From assembly GCF_030028105.1 (NCBI RefSeq), contig NC_092384.1:3205665-3269664 (forward strand): a stretch of 64,000 bases of DNA, given 5' to 3'. The notes below the pieces were generated by a model. The model was not told the origin of the DNA and ran no database searches. It saw only the letters and a program-made list of their open reading frames with translations. Shown one piece after another: positions 13,302-25,099 of this stretch. Source of the DNA: Mobula birostris. Its lineage: Eukaryota. The position numbers and the translations under genes are program-made. Position 1 is the stretch's first letter. The number at the start of each line of letters is the position of its first letter.

Positions 13302-15009
13302 AGACCTTTTAACATTCGGAATGTTACTAAGAGGATCCCGCGCCGCCACCCTTTCTCCTGAACGCCAGGGAATACGGCCTAAGAGCTGCCAGACATTCCT
13401 CATACTGTAACCCTTTCATTCCTGGAATCATTCTCGTAAATCCTCTCTGAACCTTCTACAATTTCTGTGTATCCAATCTAAAATAAGGAGCCCAAAACTG
13501 CACACAACACTCTAAGTGTGGTTTCACGAGCGCCTTAGAGCCTCAACATCAGATCCCTGCTCTTACGTTCTATGCCTCCAGAAATGAATGCCAACATTGC
13601 ATTTGCCTTCTTACCACCGACTCAATCTGGAGGTTAACCTTTAGAGTGTCTTGCACAAAGACTCCCAAATCCCTTTGCATCTCTGCATTTTGAATTCTCT
13701 CCCATCTAAATAATAGTCTGGCCGTTTATTTATTCCAACAAAGAGCATGACCATACACTTTCCAACATTGTATTTCATTTGCCACTTCTTTGCCCATTCC
13801 CCTAAGCTATCAAACTCTCTTTGCAGGCTCTCTGTTTCCTCAACACTACCTGTTCCTCCACCGATCTTTGTATCATCCACAAATTTAGCAACATATCCAT
13901 TATCACCCAGTCCACATCATTGGCATATATCATTAAAAGCAACGGTCCCAACACCGACCTATGTGGAACTTCACTGGTAACCGGCAGCAAGCCAGAAATG
14001 GATCCCTTTACTCCCACTCTGTTTTCTGCCGCCAGCCAATGCTTCACCCATGGGATCTTATTCTGCTTAGCAGCCTCATTGTCGGCACCTTGTCAAAGGC
14101 CTTCTGAAAATCCAAGTACCCCACATCTATTTCATCTCATTCGTCTACCCTGCTTGTATTTTCCTCAAAAAAAATTGCAGTAGGTTAGTCAGGTAGAATT
14201 TTCCTTTCAGAAAACCATGCTGGCTTTGGCCTATCTTGTCATGTGCCTCCTGGTACTCCGGAATATCACCCCTAACAATCGATTCCAACAACTTCCCAAC
14301 CACTAATGTCAGGCTAATCGGTCTATAGTTTCCATTCTGCTGCTTCGCATCCTTATTAAATAGCGTATTAACATTTGCAAATTTCCAGTCATCCGCTACA
14401 ATGCCAGAATCTATTGATTCTTGATAGATCATTGTTAATACCTCTGCAATATCTCCAACTACTTCCTTCAGAACCGGAGGGTGCATTCCATCAGGTTCAG
14501 GAGATTTATCCACACTCATACCCTTAAGCTTCCTGAGCATATTCTCAGTTGTAATTTTCACTGCACAAGCTTAAATAACCTGATACTCTTGTATGTCCAA
14601 TATACTGCAGATGTCTCCAATGTGAAGAATGATGCAAAATACGCATTCAATTCCTCTGCCATATCTGTGCCTATCATTACAATATCTCCAGCGTCATTTC
14701 CTATTGTCCTATATCTACACTCAACTCTCTTTTACCCTTTATATACTTACCTCGCTGTAGCCCGAATGATCCAAAGCCCTACCACTCTGCCTCAAATCAC
14801 TGCTTTGATGACCGCTCCGCTAGGCAGTGTCTCCCTTTTATGCCTGAAACTTCCCTGCTCCCCAAGTCAGGATTGGTTCTCCGGTTGTAACCGAGTTCCC
14901 TCGAGGCTTCCCCCTTTCAAACTTCGCTCCGGGACCTGTGCGACGCCTCCTCTCCCGGAGCTCTCCAATTCACGATTGGTGCGCCGGTTATAGAACAATA
15001 CAGCACTAC

Positions 15010-16540
15010 ACTGGCTCTTCGGCACATTCCCTTTGTGCCAACACTGTGCACTATTCCAGCATATTCCCCCACATAATTCTCTGTTATTGCTTCGTACATG
15101 TGCCTATTTCAAAGTCTCTCTCTTCAATACCTCTAATAATTTGCGTCTACCACCAACCCTAGCAGCGCTTTCTACGCACTTCCCATTCTCATTTTTATAA
15201 GAATTGTTACCTTCCTGGCATCTCATCTATTCTTTCTTCCAGTGGCCTTAAAATTTTGCCCCGTAGTGTTAGCCATTTCAGCCCTGGAAAGTAAGTCTCC
15301 GGCTGTCCACTCTGTATATGCCTCTTATCATTTTGTAAATATTTATCACATAACCTCCCACGCTCCTTCGTTCCAAAAGAGGAACTTCCTAACTCGCTAA
15401 ACGTGCCCTCATCAGCCATGCTCTGTAATCCAGGCAACATTTTGGTAAATCTGCTGCACCTTATTTAAAGCTACCACATGCTTTCAATAATGAAGAGACC
15501 CGAAGTAAACAGAATGTTCACAGTGTGGTCTAATCAGAGTTTTATCGTGCTGCAGTATTACCTCGCGGCAATTTAATTCCGTCCCCCAAATATTGAAAGT
15601 TATTACTTTTTTACCCACTCAATCGCCAGGCACTGCAAATTTGAGAGATCAATGAACATCGACCCAAGATACCTCTGTTCGGTGGAGGATGAAAGGTGAC
15701 ATGATAGAGGTGTATAAGGTGATGAGGGGCATTAATCGTGTGGATAGTCAGAAGCTTTTTTCCCAGGGCTGAAAGGCTAACACGATGGGCCATAGTTTGA
15801 ATGTGCTTGGAATAGGTATCGAGGGGCTGCCACGTATAAGTTTTTCACACAGACAGTCGTAGGTGCGTGGAATGCTCTGCTGGCGGCTTGTGGAGGCGGA
15901 TACGATAGGGACTTTCATCAGTCTATTAGATACGTACATGGAGCTTAGAAAAATAGAGGACGATGCGCTAGGGAAATTTTGGGCAATCCCTAAGTTAGGT
16001 TACATGGTCGGCACAACATTGTGGGCCGAAGTGTCTGTAATGTGCTGTAAATTTATATGTTCTCCGTTCCAAGTCTACTCTGTTATTGCTCCCTTGTAAT
16101 CTGCCTTCAGGTTTAGCCGTCGACAGTGAACTACTTCACACTTTTCCATGTTGTAGTTCATTTGTCGTTTCAGAGCCCAGCTCTGCATCCTATCAATGTC
16201 CCTTTCAAACATCCGGCAAACTTCTACACGATCCACACCACCACCAATGTCCGTGTCATCTGCAAGATTACGAAACAACTCTCCCAATTGCTCATTCAGC
16301 CATTTATAAAATTCCCAAAGAAGAGGGACTCCAGAACAGATAGCAGTAGAACACGGCTGGTTGCCGTCCTGCAGGCAGAACACACTCTGCCTGCTACCGC
16401 TCCTTGCCTTCTATCAGCAAGTCAATTCTGAACCGACTTTCCCTCTATCCCATGCCTCTTTATTTTCTGAATGTGCCTGGCATGGGAAAGTTTGCCAAAT
16501 GCCTGATTAAAATCCAAAAACACCACACCCACGGGCTAGC
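15010..16540. mobile_element. Cluster of CR1 3'/RT fragments in both orientations; homologous cluster at 48,800-50,340
   Basis: ORFs 15207-15440, 16075-16383 (LADDTDIGGGV) and a plus-strand 3' end at 15,640-16,070. Confidence 0.85.
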
Positions 16541-17191
16541 AATCCCACCCAGTAAGGTAATGCTGCTGAAAAGTCAACAGCAGCTCTGAAGACCTTATCC
16601 CTGCGGGAGAAAAGATCTTCGCCCAGAAGTGGAATGAAGTTGTGTGGTGAGCACAAAAGCACAAGGGCCACCAACCTTCTATCAGCCCAGGATAGAGAGA
16701 GTGGTTACAAACAGAAGGATAACGTACCGAGTATTTTAAAATCCCTGGTCCCCATTACGCTTTGTGCATACAAGTTAATTGGGATATCAGTGCTTCCCAA
16801 AAAGTGCAGACAGAGCTTGTGGGCCGGATGAATGGGATAAGTTTGGTTGGTTGACAATGCCATTGTGAGAAGCCGAACATGAACGGATTATTGGACATGG
16901 GCGAGCTGCTGTCGACGGTCAATGCCCGGTAGGTGTGGAGGGATTAAGACGATGAGGAAGAAGAAAACCCCAAAGGAAGTTGAAAAAGAACTGTGCCAAA
17001 ATCGTATTGAGCGTATGGATTCACGACGATTTACGCTAGAGGAGCATAAATCATGGACCGCGCCGGCGTGCCGTATGTACGATGTGATCAGTTGTAACCT
17101 ACTGGAATGCTTAAGGAATGGATAAAACTTCTCTCTCACTCTTTCTTTACCCACCTTCCCCTGCATGTTCAGCTAATTCAGATTTTTTCCC

Positions 17192-17302
17192 CTTTATTTT
17201 TCCTTGTAATACATCGTTTGACAATGAGAACGACCAGCAATATAGATAACAAACCGCTCAATGCACATATGGAAGTCATGACATCATTAATAATACTAGC
17301 TC
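17192..17302 (-). pseudogene. Gene A TM exon, donor lost
   Basis: ASIINDVMTSICALSGLLSILLVVLIVKRCITRKNK followed by gggaaa instead of gtaaga; read-through ends GEKI*. Confidence 0.85.
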
Positions 17303-18780
17303 CTGGAAAATTGAAATATATTAGATACAAATGAAAACTATAGGCCGTTCAAGCTAATAAATCTCCTCGTCTTTGAAACCGACATAACATCTGAAATTTA
17401 GGCACTGGTTCAATTTCCTGTAAAGTAAAAACGTAGTAGACAGATAGACATTAGATTTCGTAAATTCAATTCGAAAAAAAAGTATATATATAAAATCGGT
17501 CTCTCTAATTGATTAATAATACTTAAAAACGTTTGTCAAAACATACATTGCTTTCAGGTGTCACTTTATGAGACTGCTACTTTCAGCGAGCTATAAGGCT
17601 CTTCATCCTCTCGGGAAGTTCGTACTTAAATTCGCATAGTTTTGTGCCTTGTTGAATGGAACTTGCAACATTTTTGCACCCTGCTGGTATGCAGTACGCC
17701 ATGCCAGATGCAGGGAATGAAGAGTTGTGTTTCGGCTTGTGTTGGACACTTGCCTGTGTATGCTTTCAACGCCCTGTTCTGATTCACTTGACAATCAAAG
17801 CGGAACGGTAAGGCGACACTTGTTAGCAGACTACTGGTAACAGCATTTCTCTGGAAGTGAGCTACTCTTCGGCATTGTGATGGGGAAGCGGAAACAATGG
17901 TGGCATTGTTGCAACGAAGTTTATTTAATTAAAAACAGAACAGGAGGAAAGGAGACTGGAGGTAAACTGGACAGATGAATTGAGTCACGATAATTGTAAT
18001 TTGATCCACACAATTTTTTAGATGAAAACGTATAAAGAAGTACTTATAAAGTATCTGGAGAACATCCTTTCATTATTACCAGAAAGATTGTGGATATTTT
18101 GCCTTCATAGAGGGAGAGGATACAAATAGAAGGATAACGTACCCAGTATTTCAAAATCACTGGCTGCCATTAAGCTCTGTGCACACAGGTTAGTTGGGTT
18201 ATTAGTACTTCCAACTACAACCAGAAAAAAAAAATCAGAGAAAGAATTTGGGGGCGGATGGATGGGATGTTTTGTCGGTATACGACAAGGCTGAACATGA
18301 CGGAATATTGGAGGAAATTTACTTGGCAATTAAGGACGATCTGCTTCCTGTGGACAATAAACATCACGAGAGTTGCTCTTTTTAGCGTCTTGTGGCACCT
18401 TTAGCATCTGTCTGTTCTCATCCTAACACGGATGGAAAGCACGGGGTTCCGTCTGGATTCCAGCCTGGGATCATCTCCTCGAGGTCCGGAGCTGATGCCA
18501 CCATATCACCAGCCGTCAACACCAGTGTGTCTTAGATTTAATATATTATACAAATCGGAGAAATCGTGAGGATAAGTCTCTCAAGACACGAAACGCATTG
18601 CATCTTATGCTGGAGGAAACAGCTTCTATACAAATTATAAAAAGCTAATTTTGTATCTATTTAATAAGCACCTATTAGCGGCCACAGGGAAATCTAGCGA
18701 AAACGATTAAATGCGGAGATCGTTTAAAACTGGTTTATAGTTACCCGACTTTTTATGATAGTTGAGATCCATAGTCTCAC

Positions 18781-19082
18781 CTGTGCTGTTGTTGTAACGA
18801 AGTAAGTGGCTAGAGCAGAAACCCGGAGGGTGACGTGAGATACCAGACAAGTGCAGACCGTCCCGGTTGGCACAACCTGTGTCACTGACAATCTGCTGGA
18901 AGTTTCATATAGCCCATCCGAAGTGGAGTTGGTAACGGTCGAACCGGTTGTAATTTTGGTGCCGTCTTTATACCAGGTGAAACTGATATCGGTTGGGTAA
19001 AAGGGAGATGTAGTGCACAGAAGAGCCAAGGCTTCCGATTTCTATGGATCTCCGGAGTAAATTTTCAATGGAGCTGGAGGAA
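18781..19082 (-). pseudogene. Gene A C1-set exon with stop and frameshift
   Basis: [49 protein letters not shown]; 302 nt versus 303 nt in gene B. Confidence 0.92.
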
Positions 19083-19508
19083 CTAAGAAATAGTGGAATA
19101 GTTGCATGAATGGTTGTTACTGTTAGCTGTATATTTTCGGCAATATCAGCGTTCGATGCTATTAACATTAAAGCCAAAAAATTAAGATTACAGCGGCAGG
19201 AATTTCAGTGGCAATGGAGGAAAATATTTTTGGATAACTAACGGAGCAAATCGTCGATCATATGGGATCAGTGGCGGCTGTACTTTAAATTTCCGCAAAT
19301 CAAAGAGCTCCAGAATTTAACGTTGAAATGAATGATTATGTACAAATACATTAGCCATATTGTAATTAACGTCGTTGAATACTCATGTTTTATATAGTCA
19401 TCGCGTGCCACTACGATTAATACTGTTATTCTATTTAAGAGGGATTGTAGAAAAGACAAATTCTCAGTCGCAATGTCGCATCAACTGAATCGCTTCTAAT
19501 GCACCTAC

Positions 19509-19829
19509 CCAACACAACTAAAGTCGACCCGGTTCCGTTGCCAATCATTGTGCCCCGATGGGCGATGGTACAATAATAGACTCACGCTTCTTGTGGACGC
19601 ACGTTGACTATCTGCAGGAAGCCGTTGAACTCAGTAGTGAACCCGGTCAATTTTCTAGCGTCATGGTCTGGGTTGATGTAATTATTTTCACCCTTTTTCC
19701 ATCAATATATGTCAACGCGGGGACCCTCCGGCAAAGAGGAAGGGGAACAGTCAAAGAAAAAATTTTCACCCTTGATGGTGTAGGCGATTTTAGGGAGTTG
19801 TGTTACTTTGGCATAATATTCAACTGACC
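19509..19829 (-). pseudogene. Gene A V-set exon with two in-frame stops
   Basis: ..[51 protein letters not shown]; same 321-nt length as gene B. Confidence 0.92.
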
Positions 19830-21145
19830 CTAAGTTAAAGAAAGTCAATTCCGAATCAGTAGGAGACATTGTAAACAGTGTATACAATTGTAAATACGAA
19901 CAAGGACAAACACAAAGAGATATTCAATAACTGTTTCATTATGAAGAATGGGAAAGCCATTTACCCGTAAAATATATCATCCAAAGAAGCAGACAGTAAG
20001 ATCCCACTCTGGCCAACATTCTGGTACAAGTGATCACAGGGAGCGCGCAGTCGCGAACTGTTTCCCTGGGTTGAGCTGTCACAGGGTGTGCTGCGTCAGT
20101 CTTTCCGTGACGGTAGTGCGACTTCTGACCAATATGTGGCTAAGTTTACTTTCATTTGTGCTTATGCAAACAGCAGCGCCATTATCATCGAAACCGATTA
20201 TGTTTTTTAGATTTTAATGTTAATAACCTGCGGTGTGCAATTTCATTGGCTGAACTAACTCCCTGTTGCCCGCAATCTCACTGCACTGTCTCCTCACTCA
20301 TTCCCGCGTGTCCACTCACGTTGTTACAGAACTTTGCACCCCCACCACGCACTCCTTTAACATCTACTTAACCTACCCTTCTCCGACTCACTGCTCCACG
20401 TCTGTTTCCTCGCGAAACTTCCACCCTTGCTGCCCTTGCATCCGACAATAAAACGAACTATGGCGAAGGCACCAAAACCGTAATAGTTTTTGGCAGCTTC
20501 TATGCGCTTTGTACATAATCCTCCTAATTTCTCCGATAGGATGACAACATTTCTCGGAGGCAAAATAAGTTGTTGATTTCACAGAGTCCTCGGTTTGTGC
20601 TAAGTCTCTTTGTAGGAGGATTGCGTTACTTCATGTGAAATTTATTCCAATGACGTGAAAGCATTTCAGATGATACGGTTGAGAGACATTAAGCCATAGT
20701 ATCGCAGAGAAACAGCAGAATCATCACCATCGTCCTTAAATCAGTGAGTGACGCGCAATTCACCAAACGTTTGTCTGGAGACTGATTTGTGTTTAAAAGG
20801 GAACAGGTAGAAATTATTTTACGAATTTTGTGTAATTTCCCCTAAACCACTAATCATTTAATGATAATCAGAGACTTTGATTAGTTCTTCCTCCTTTTTT
20901 TCTGCTTTTCTGCTTTCTGCAATGCTGAAAATCTTCCTGTATTCCACGCACCTTATCAAATTACTTGGTAACATTCAGCAAAACAACCCTATCGGCTTTG
21001 ATGAGGCAGGGTGGAACAGAGAACTTGATCTGTTATCTGGATGGCAATACTCTCGGATGCTTTGAGATGATTTAATAAATAATTGGGAACACACATATTG
21101 CAGGTTTTGTTTTAAACGGAGGCAGTGTTCAATTTAAGAGAGAAA

Positions 21146-21168
21146 CACACACACACACACACACACAC
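21146..21168. repeat. (CA)n microsatellite
   Basis: Direct. Confidence 0.9.
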
Positions 21169-21439
21169 GCAAATATTTGCCAAATTCCCCAAATGAAGGA
21201 TGTCAGATGCACAGGCAGGGGTTAATGTAGTAATGGGTCGAGGACGTAAGTGGAAGGTAATTCTATCCTGTACCGATTGAAGAACTTAAACGTCAGAGTA
21301 AGTCTCACCGAATCCTATTCCATGGAGATCAGTCTCCGGAGTCTGTTGGTCTCGGCATTTTGGTGAGCGGGACACAATTTTCAGTGCTTGAACGGTTGAT
21401 CAATTTCTTTTGAAGAAATAATATTTGTTTCAGTTCGCA

Positions 21440-21745
21440 TGGGATACAGGGAAGCATCTATCGCATGGAGACATAGCTAATTTGATTCGTGATTGGCTCG
21501 ATGGTTGGACGCAGAACGTGACGGTTGAAGGTGGTCTCGGACCGGAAGCTTATGATTAGAGGCGTTACCACAAGGGTTGGTGCAGCATCTTTTGCTGTTC
21601 ATTGTTTATATAAACTATTTGCATGTGAACGCATGAGGAGTGGCGAAATGGTTTCAGATCATATTAAAATAGGTGGCATCGTAAACTACGACGAAGGCAA
21701 TGAGCAACTGTAGGAAAATGTCGGTCAGTTAGGTCAGTGGGCCCA
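21440..21745 (+). mobile_element. Old degenerate CR1 RT fragment
   Basis: Degenerate HGIQG..WI..WL..VT-GV-QG..IYIN..KIGGIV pattern with stops and frameshifts. Confidence 0.7.
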
Positions 21746-22194
21746 ATGTTATCAAGTGCTTTCAGATTCCGTCTGGTTAGCCTCCATCTTGATTGCATGA
21801 ACAGCGATGTTGCCAACGTCCAGGATGCTTTCTCTTCCCACTCTCTCTTCTTCGTTTTCCCAATCTTGGGGTGGGGGGAATTTTGAACAAAAATTAAATA
21901 TTACCATTCCAATTCCACGCATATGCATTGTTTTCTAACTGAGCTTTGTTGAGTGCTTTGGTAAAAATAATTAAATTCATAGCCAAAAAGTTGAAATTCA
22001 GTGTCCTCATCTGAGTCAAAACGCGTTTTTATCCGGCTACGGCGAAAAACCTGAATTTGATTCCTTCTGCAATAAACTACATTGAATTGAATGCAATAGT
22101 CTGGAATTATTTCGACCGTACATAAAGGCACCATTTAACACACGGGTCAATAACTTTTGTTTGATTGGCTTTGACGTGAAGCAGTAAGAAACCA

Positions 22195-23125
22195 TAACTT
22201 TGGAAACATAGAAACATAGAAAATAGGTGCAGGAGTAGGCTATTCGGCCCTTCGAACCTGCATCGCCATTCAGTATGATCATGGCTGATCATCCAACTCA
22301 GAACCCTGCACCTGCCTTCTCTCCATACCCCCTGACCCTGTATGCCACTAGGCTAAATATCAACTCCCTCTTAAATATAGCCAATGAACCGGCCTCAACT
22401 GTTTCCTGTGGCAGAGAATTCCACAGATTCACCACGCTCTGTGTGAAGAAGTTATTCCTCATCTCGTTCCTAAAAGGCTTCCCCTTTATCCTTAATCTGT
22501 GACCCGTCGTTCTGCACTTCCCCAGCATCGGGAACAATCTTCCTGCATCTAGTCTGTCCAATACCTTTAGGATTTCATACGTTTCAATAAGATTCCCCAC
22601 TCAATCTTCTAAATTCCAACGAATATAAGCCTAGCCGATCCAGTCTTTCCTCATATGAAAGTCCTGGCATCCCAGGAATCAATCTGGTGAACCTTCTTTG
22701 TACTCCCTCTATGGCAAGAATGTCTTTCCTCAAATTAGGGGACCAAAACTGCACACAATACTCCAGGTGTGGTCTCACCAAGACCTTGTTCAACTGCAGT
22801 AGTACCTCCCTGCTCCTGTACTCGAATCCTCTTGCTATAAATGCCAGCATACCATTCGCCTTTTTCACTGCCTGCTGTACCTGCATGCCCACTTTCAATG
22901 ACTGGTGTATAACGACACCCAGGTCTCGTTGCACCTCCCCTTTTTCTAATCGGCCACCATTCAGATAAAAATCTGTTTTCCTGTTTTTACTACCAAACCG
23001 GATAACCTTACATTTATCCACATTAAATTTTCATCTACCATGAATTTGCCCACTCACCCAACCTATCCAAGTCACCCTGCATCCTCCTCACAGCTAACAC
23101 TGCCGCCCAGCTTCGTGTCATCCAT
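22195..23125 (-). mobile_element. CR1 LINE 3' portion with (AAACATAG)n tail
   Basis: ORFs 22584-23021 (LVRPHLEYCVQFWSP) and 22298-22600. Confidence 0.95.
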
Positions 23126-23424
23126 TTTGTGTTGAAAAAAAACTGCAAAGTTTAAAATTATAGTTTGATTCATTCCATTCAACCTTAGATTAATAAATTG
23201 ACCTTCTCAAGGCTTTAAAAGACAGAAAAACAATGTAAAATAAATGATATAATATGATGTCCTTCTTACACTTTATTGTTTCAAAAGGTGGCAATGTGTA
23301 TAATTACGAAAGAAATAATCACTTCCATCGACATTTATGTCATAAATGTCCGATTTTAAATGGATGTTCTTTACAATATGAATAATTGGCCTGTTGTAGC
23401 ATTGTAGATATGGGACGTTGTAAC

Positions 23425-23588
23425 CTGTTCTTTTAGTTTTGGACAGCCGGTGGGGGCTTTCGAGACGTGGGTGTTGAGAAAAGAGACCCAGGAATGCCAG
23501 GGTTATCAAAGAGGATCGGCCAGTCCAAGTCGAACGAGAAGAAAGACGGTGACGTTACCATGGATCCGATCTTTTACAACGCGGGTAC
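23425..23588 (-). pseudogene. Candidate frameshifted TM exon of an activating-type receptor (Arg in TM)
   Basis: cag|GTRVVKDRIHGNVTVFLLVRLGLA [+1 nt] LITLAFLGLFSQHPRLESPHRLSKTKRT G|gttaca; 164 nt, one short of a phase 1-1 exon. Splice sites are weak. Confidence 0.35.
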
Positions 23589-25099
23589 CTGTTTGGTGCC
23601 TATATTACTATGTCGAACACATATAGTTTGAAACTGCGTGACTTGCGCTTTTTACTTTCTTAAGGACGATGGTGAGGGGAAGGAAGGCGCAGCACCGGCC
23701 TATAAGTATGATTGGGAACATCCAGCCTTAACTTCACAATGTTTGCTGAAGGGCAGTTTCCTACAGCTCAGTTTCTGGAGGGCTGACAGTCAAAAACGGT
23801 TTTACAACCATCAGTTCCCAACCTGGCTGAATCAATTTATGTGTTTATCACTTATTATGTTTATCTGATAACCGATGCTCGACTGCGGCAGGATTCTACA
23901 TTGAGTATACAGCAAGGCGCCAGAGAAAACTGATATTTCTCAGACAGTTAATTGCCATAACACAATGCTCAATAACGATATATTCCTATGATTGAGCATT
24001 TATTAGAAGCAAAGGCATTCGCAAGTGTACCACAATTGAGTGACTACCAGAGCTTTCGCCAAAATCCTAGGTTCTTCATCTGGTTCCGTGATGGTGGTGA
24101 AGCGATTTCTCCGTCGATTTGAATAGCTTTACGTATATCCACTGCAATTTTCGTTGGGAAAGTAATTGGGCTGACACATGCAGGGAGGGATCTATCTCCC
24201 GTAGGTTTCACGTTCTTAGATATATCGGCATTTGCCGTTGTGAATCAGAAGATGGAGGGTAGGTATGAAAGCTCCCCAGCAGTTGCCGGAAACCTAGATT
24301 GGTCTTCAAGGGATATAGAGCGAAGCAGCGTTAGTGTTAGGTATACCTCTGAGGGAAAGAATAGAGTGGAGGTGGATTATTGAAACATGCCAGCTGTAAA
24401 GCCATCGTAACCTTGCACGATATTTATCAAGCTTGAGCGCGTGTATACAGAAAACGTATAAGTAGTTTTCGTTCGAACCTACGTTGGAGACCCATAGTCC
24501 AACAATAATACAACAAATGAATTGCTGTTCCCAAGGACTTCATATGGCTGCAGCCACTAGCATACCTGGCCTGGTATGGAATAAATTTGGGGAGTACTCT
24601 CTGTGTGTGTGTAAGAGCAGGAGAGAGAGGGAGAAGTGGGGGTGGGGTTTGGCAGAGAGATAGCGAGAGAAGGTGTTAACGTTTCAAAACGTGCAGGAAG
24701 TATGCTGACGCTGAAACGTTAATAATAAAATGGAAATAAAAATCCCCATGCAAATGCATTCAAGAGACATGGTAATTTCAATTAACATCCATCACTCTCG
24801 TTTTGAGGGCATTCTACCACATCGCATGTATGTCTGTGAGTGGGAGAGAGAACCTGAATTAAATATATCGTGCATAGAGAACAAAATATAATGCCTGACA
24901 AGTCTATTCTTGTAGTTAATGTTCTTATTCCCCACAAATTAAGAACCATATTAAAGGCTTGGTCGGATAGAAAACAGGGAAAATTGCTCCATTCTAAAGT
25001 GTGTGGGGGGGGGGGGCGTGGTGTGGAGGTTGAGGTGGTGTGTGTGTGGATGAGGAGCCAGGGTTTTTGCTACATTTTGGCACTAGCGACTGATATATG

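Larger units (their letters stand above)
12003..15010 (-). mobile_element. CR1 LINE (tail (GACCATAA)n, RT, internally deleted, 5' UTR) interrupted by a solo LTR
   Basis: ORFs 14145-14561, 13802-14047, 13641-13880 ([17 protein letters not shown]); orthologous to 43,843-48,800. Confidence 0.9.
8562..20019 (-). pseudogene. Pseudogene paralog (gene A) of the SIRP-like VJ-C1 receptor
   Basis: Exons 20019-19965, 19829-19509, 19082-18781, 18530-18423, 17302-17192, 9373-9345, 9196-9098, 8729-8562. Lesions: TGA at 19702-19704 and 19582-19584, TAG at 19042-19044, 1-nt deletion near 18795, TM donor GT to GG, terminal acceptor AG to TG, ITIM Y to N. Confidence 0.9.
1..20450. repeat. Segmental duplication, copy A (left end runs off the window)
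   Basis: Base 1 onward (cgaaatactagaggaaatgacagagccaggg...) matches 29,547 onward; colinear similarity persists through unique sequence, exons and shared LINEs to ~20,450 vs ~54,305 (ccgactcact...catccgaca). Confidence 0.95.

Noticed and set aside
16888-17166. ORF with apparent second TM ([12 protein letters not shown])
   Set aside because: Frame is broken upstream by a 1-nt indel in copy B and is phase-incompatible with the gene's donors; kept only as part of the identical-island finding.
21305-21405. Minus-strand segment with strong donor (TCG|gtgaga) and plausible acceptor
   Set aside because: Stops in all three readings; no motif.
24676-24722. Perfect 11-bp inverted repeat TTAACGTTTCA..TGAAACGTTAA
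   Set aside because: Short and AT-rich with no TSD or second copy in the window; not enough to call a MITE or regulatory hairpin.
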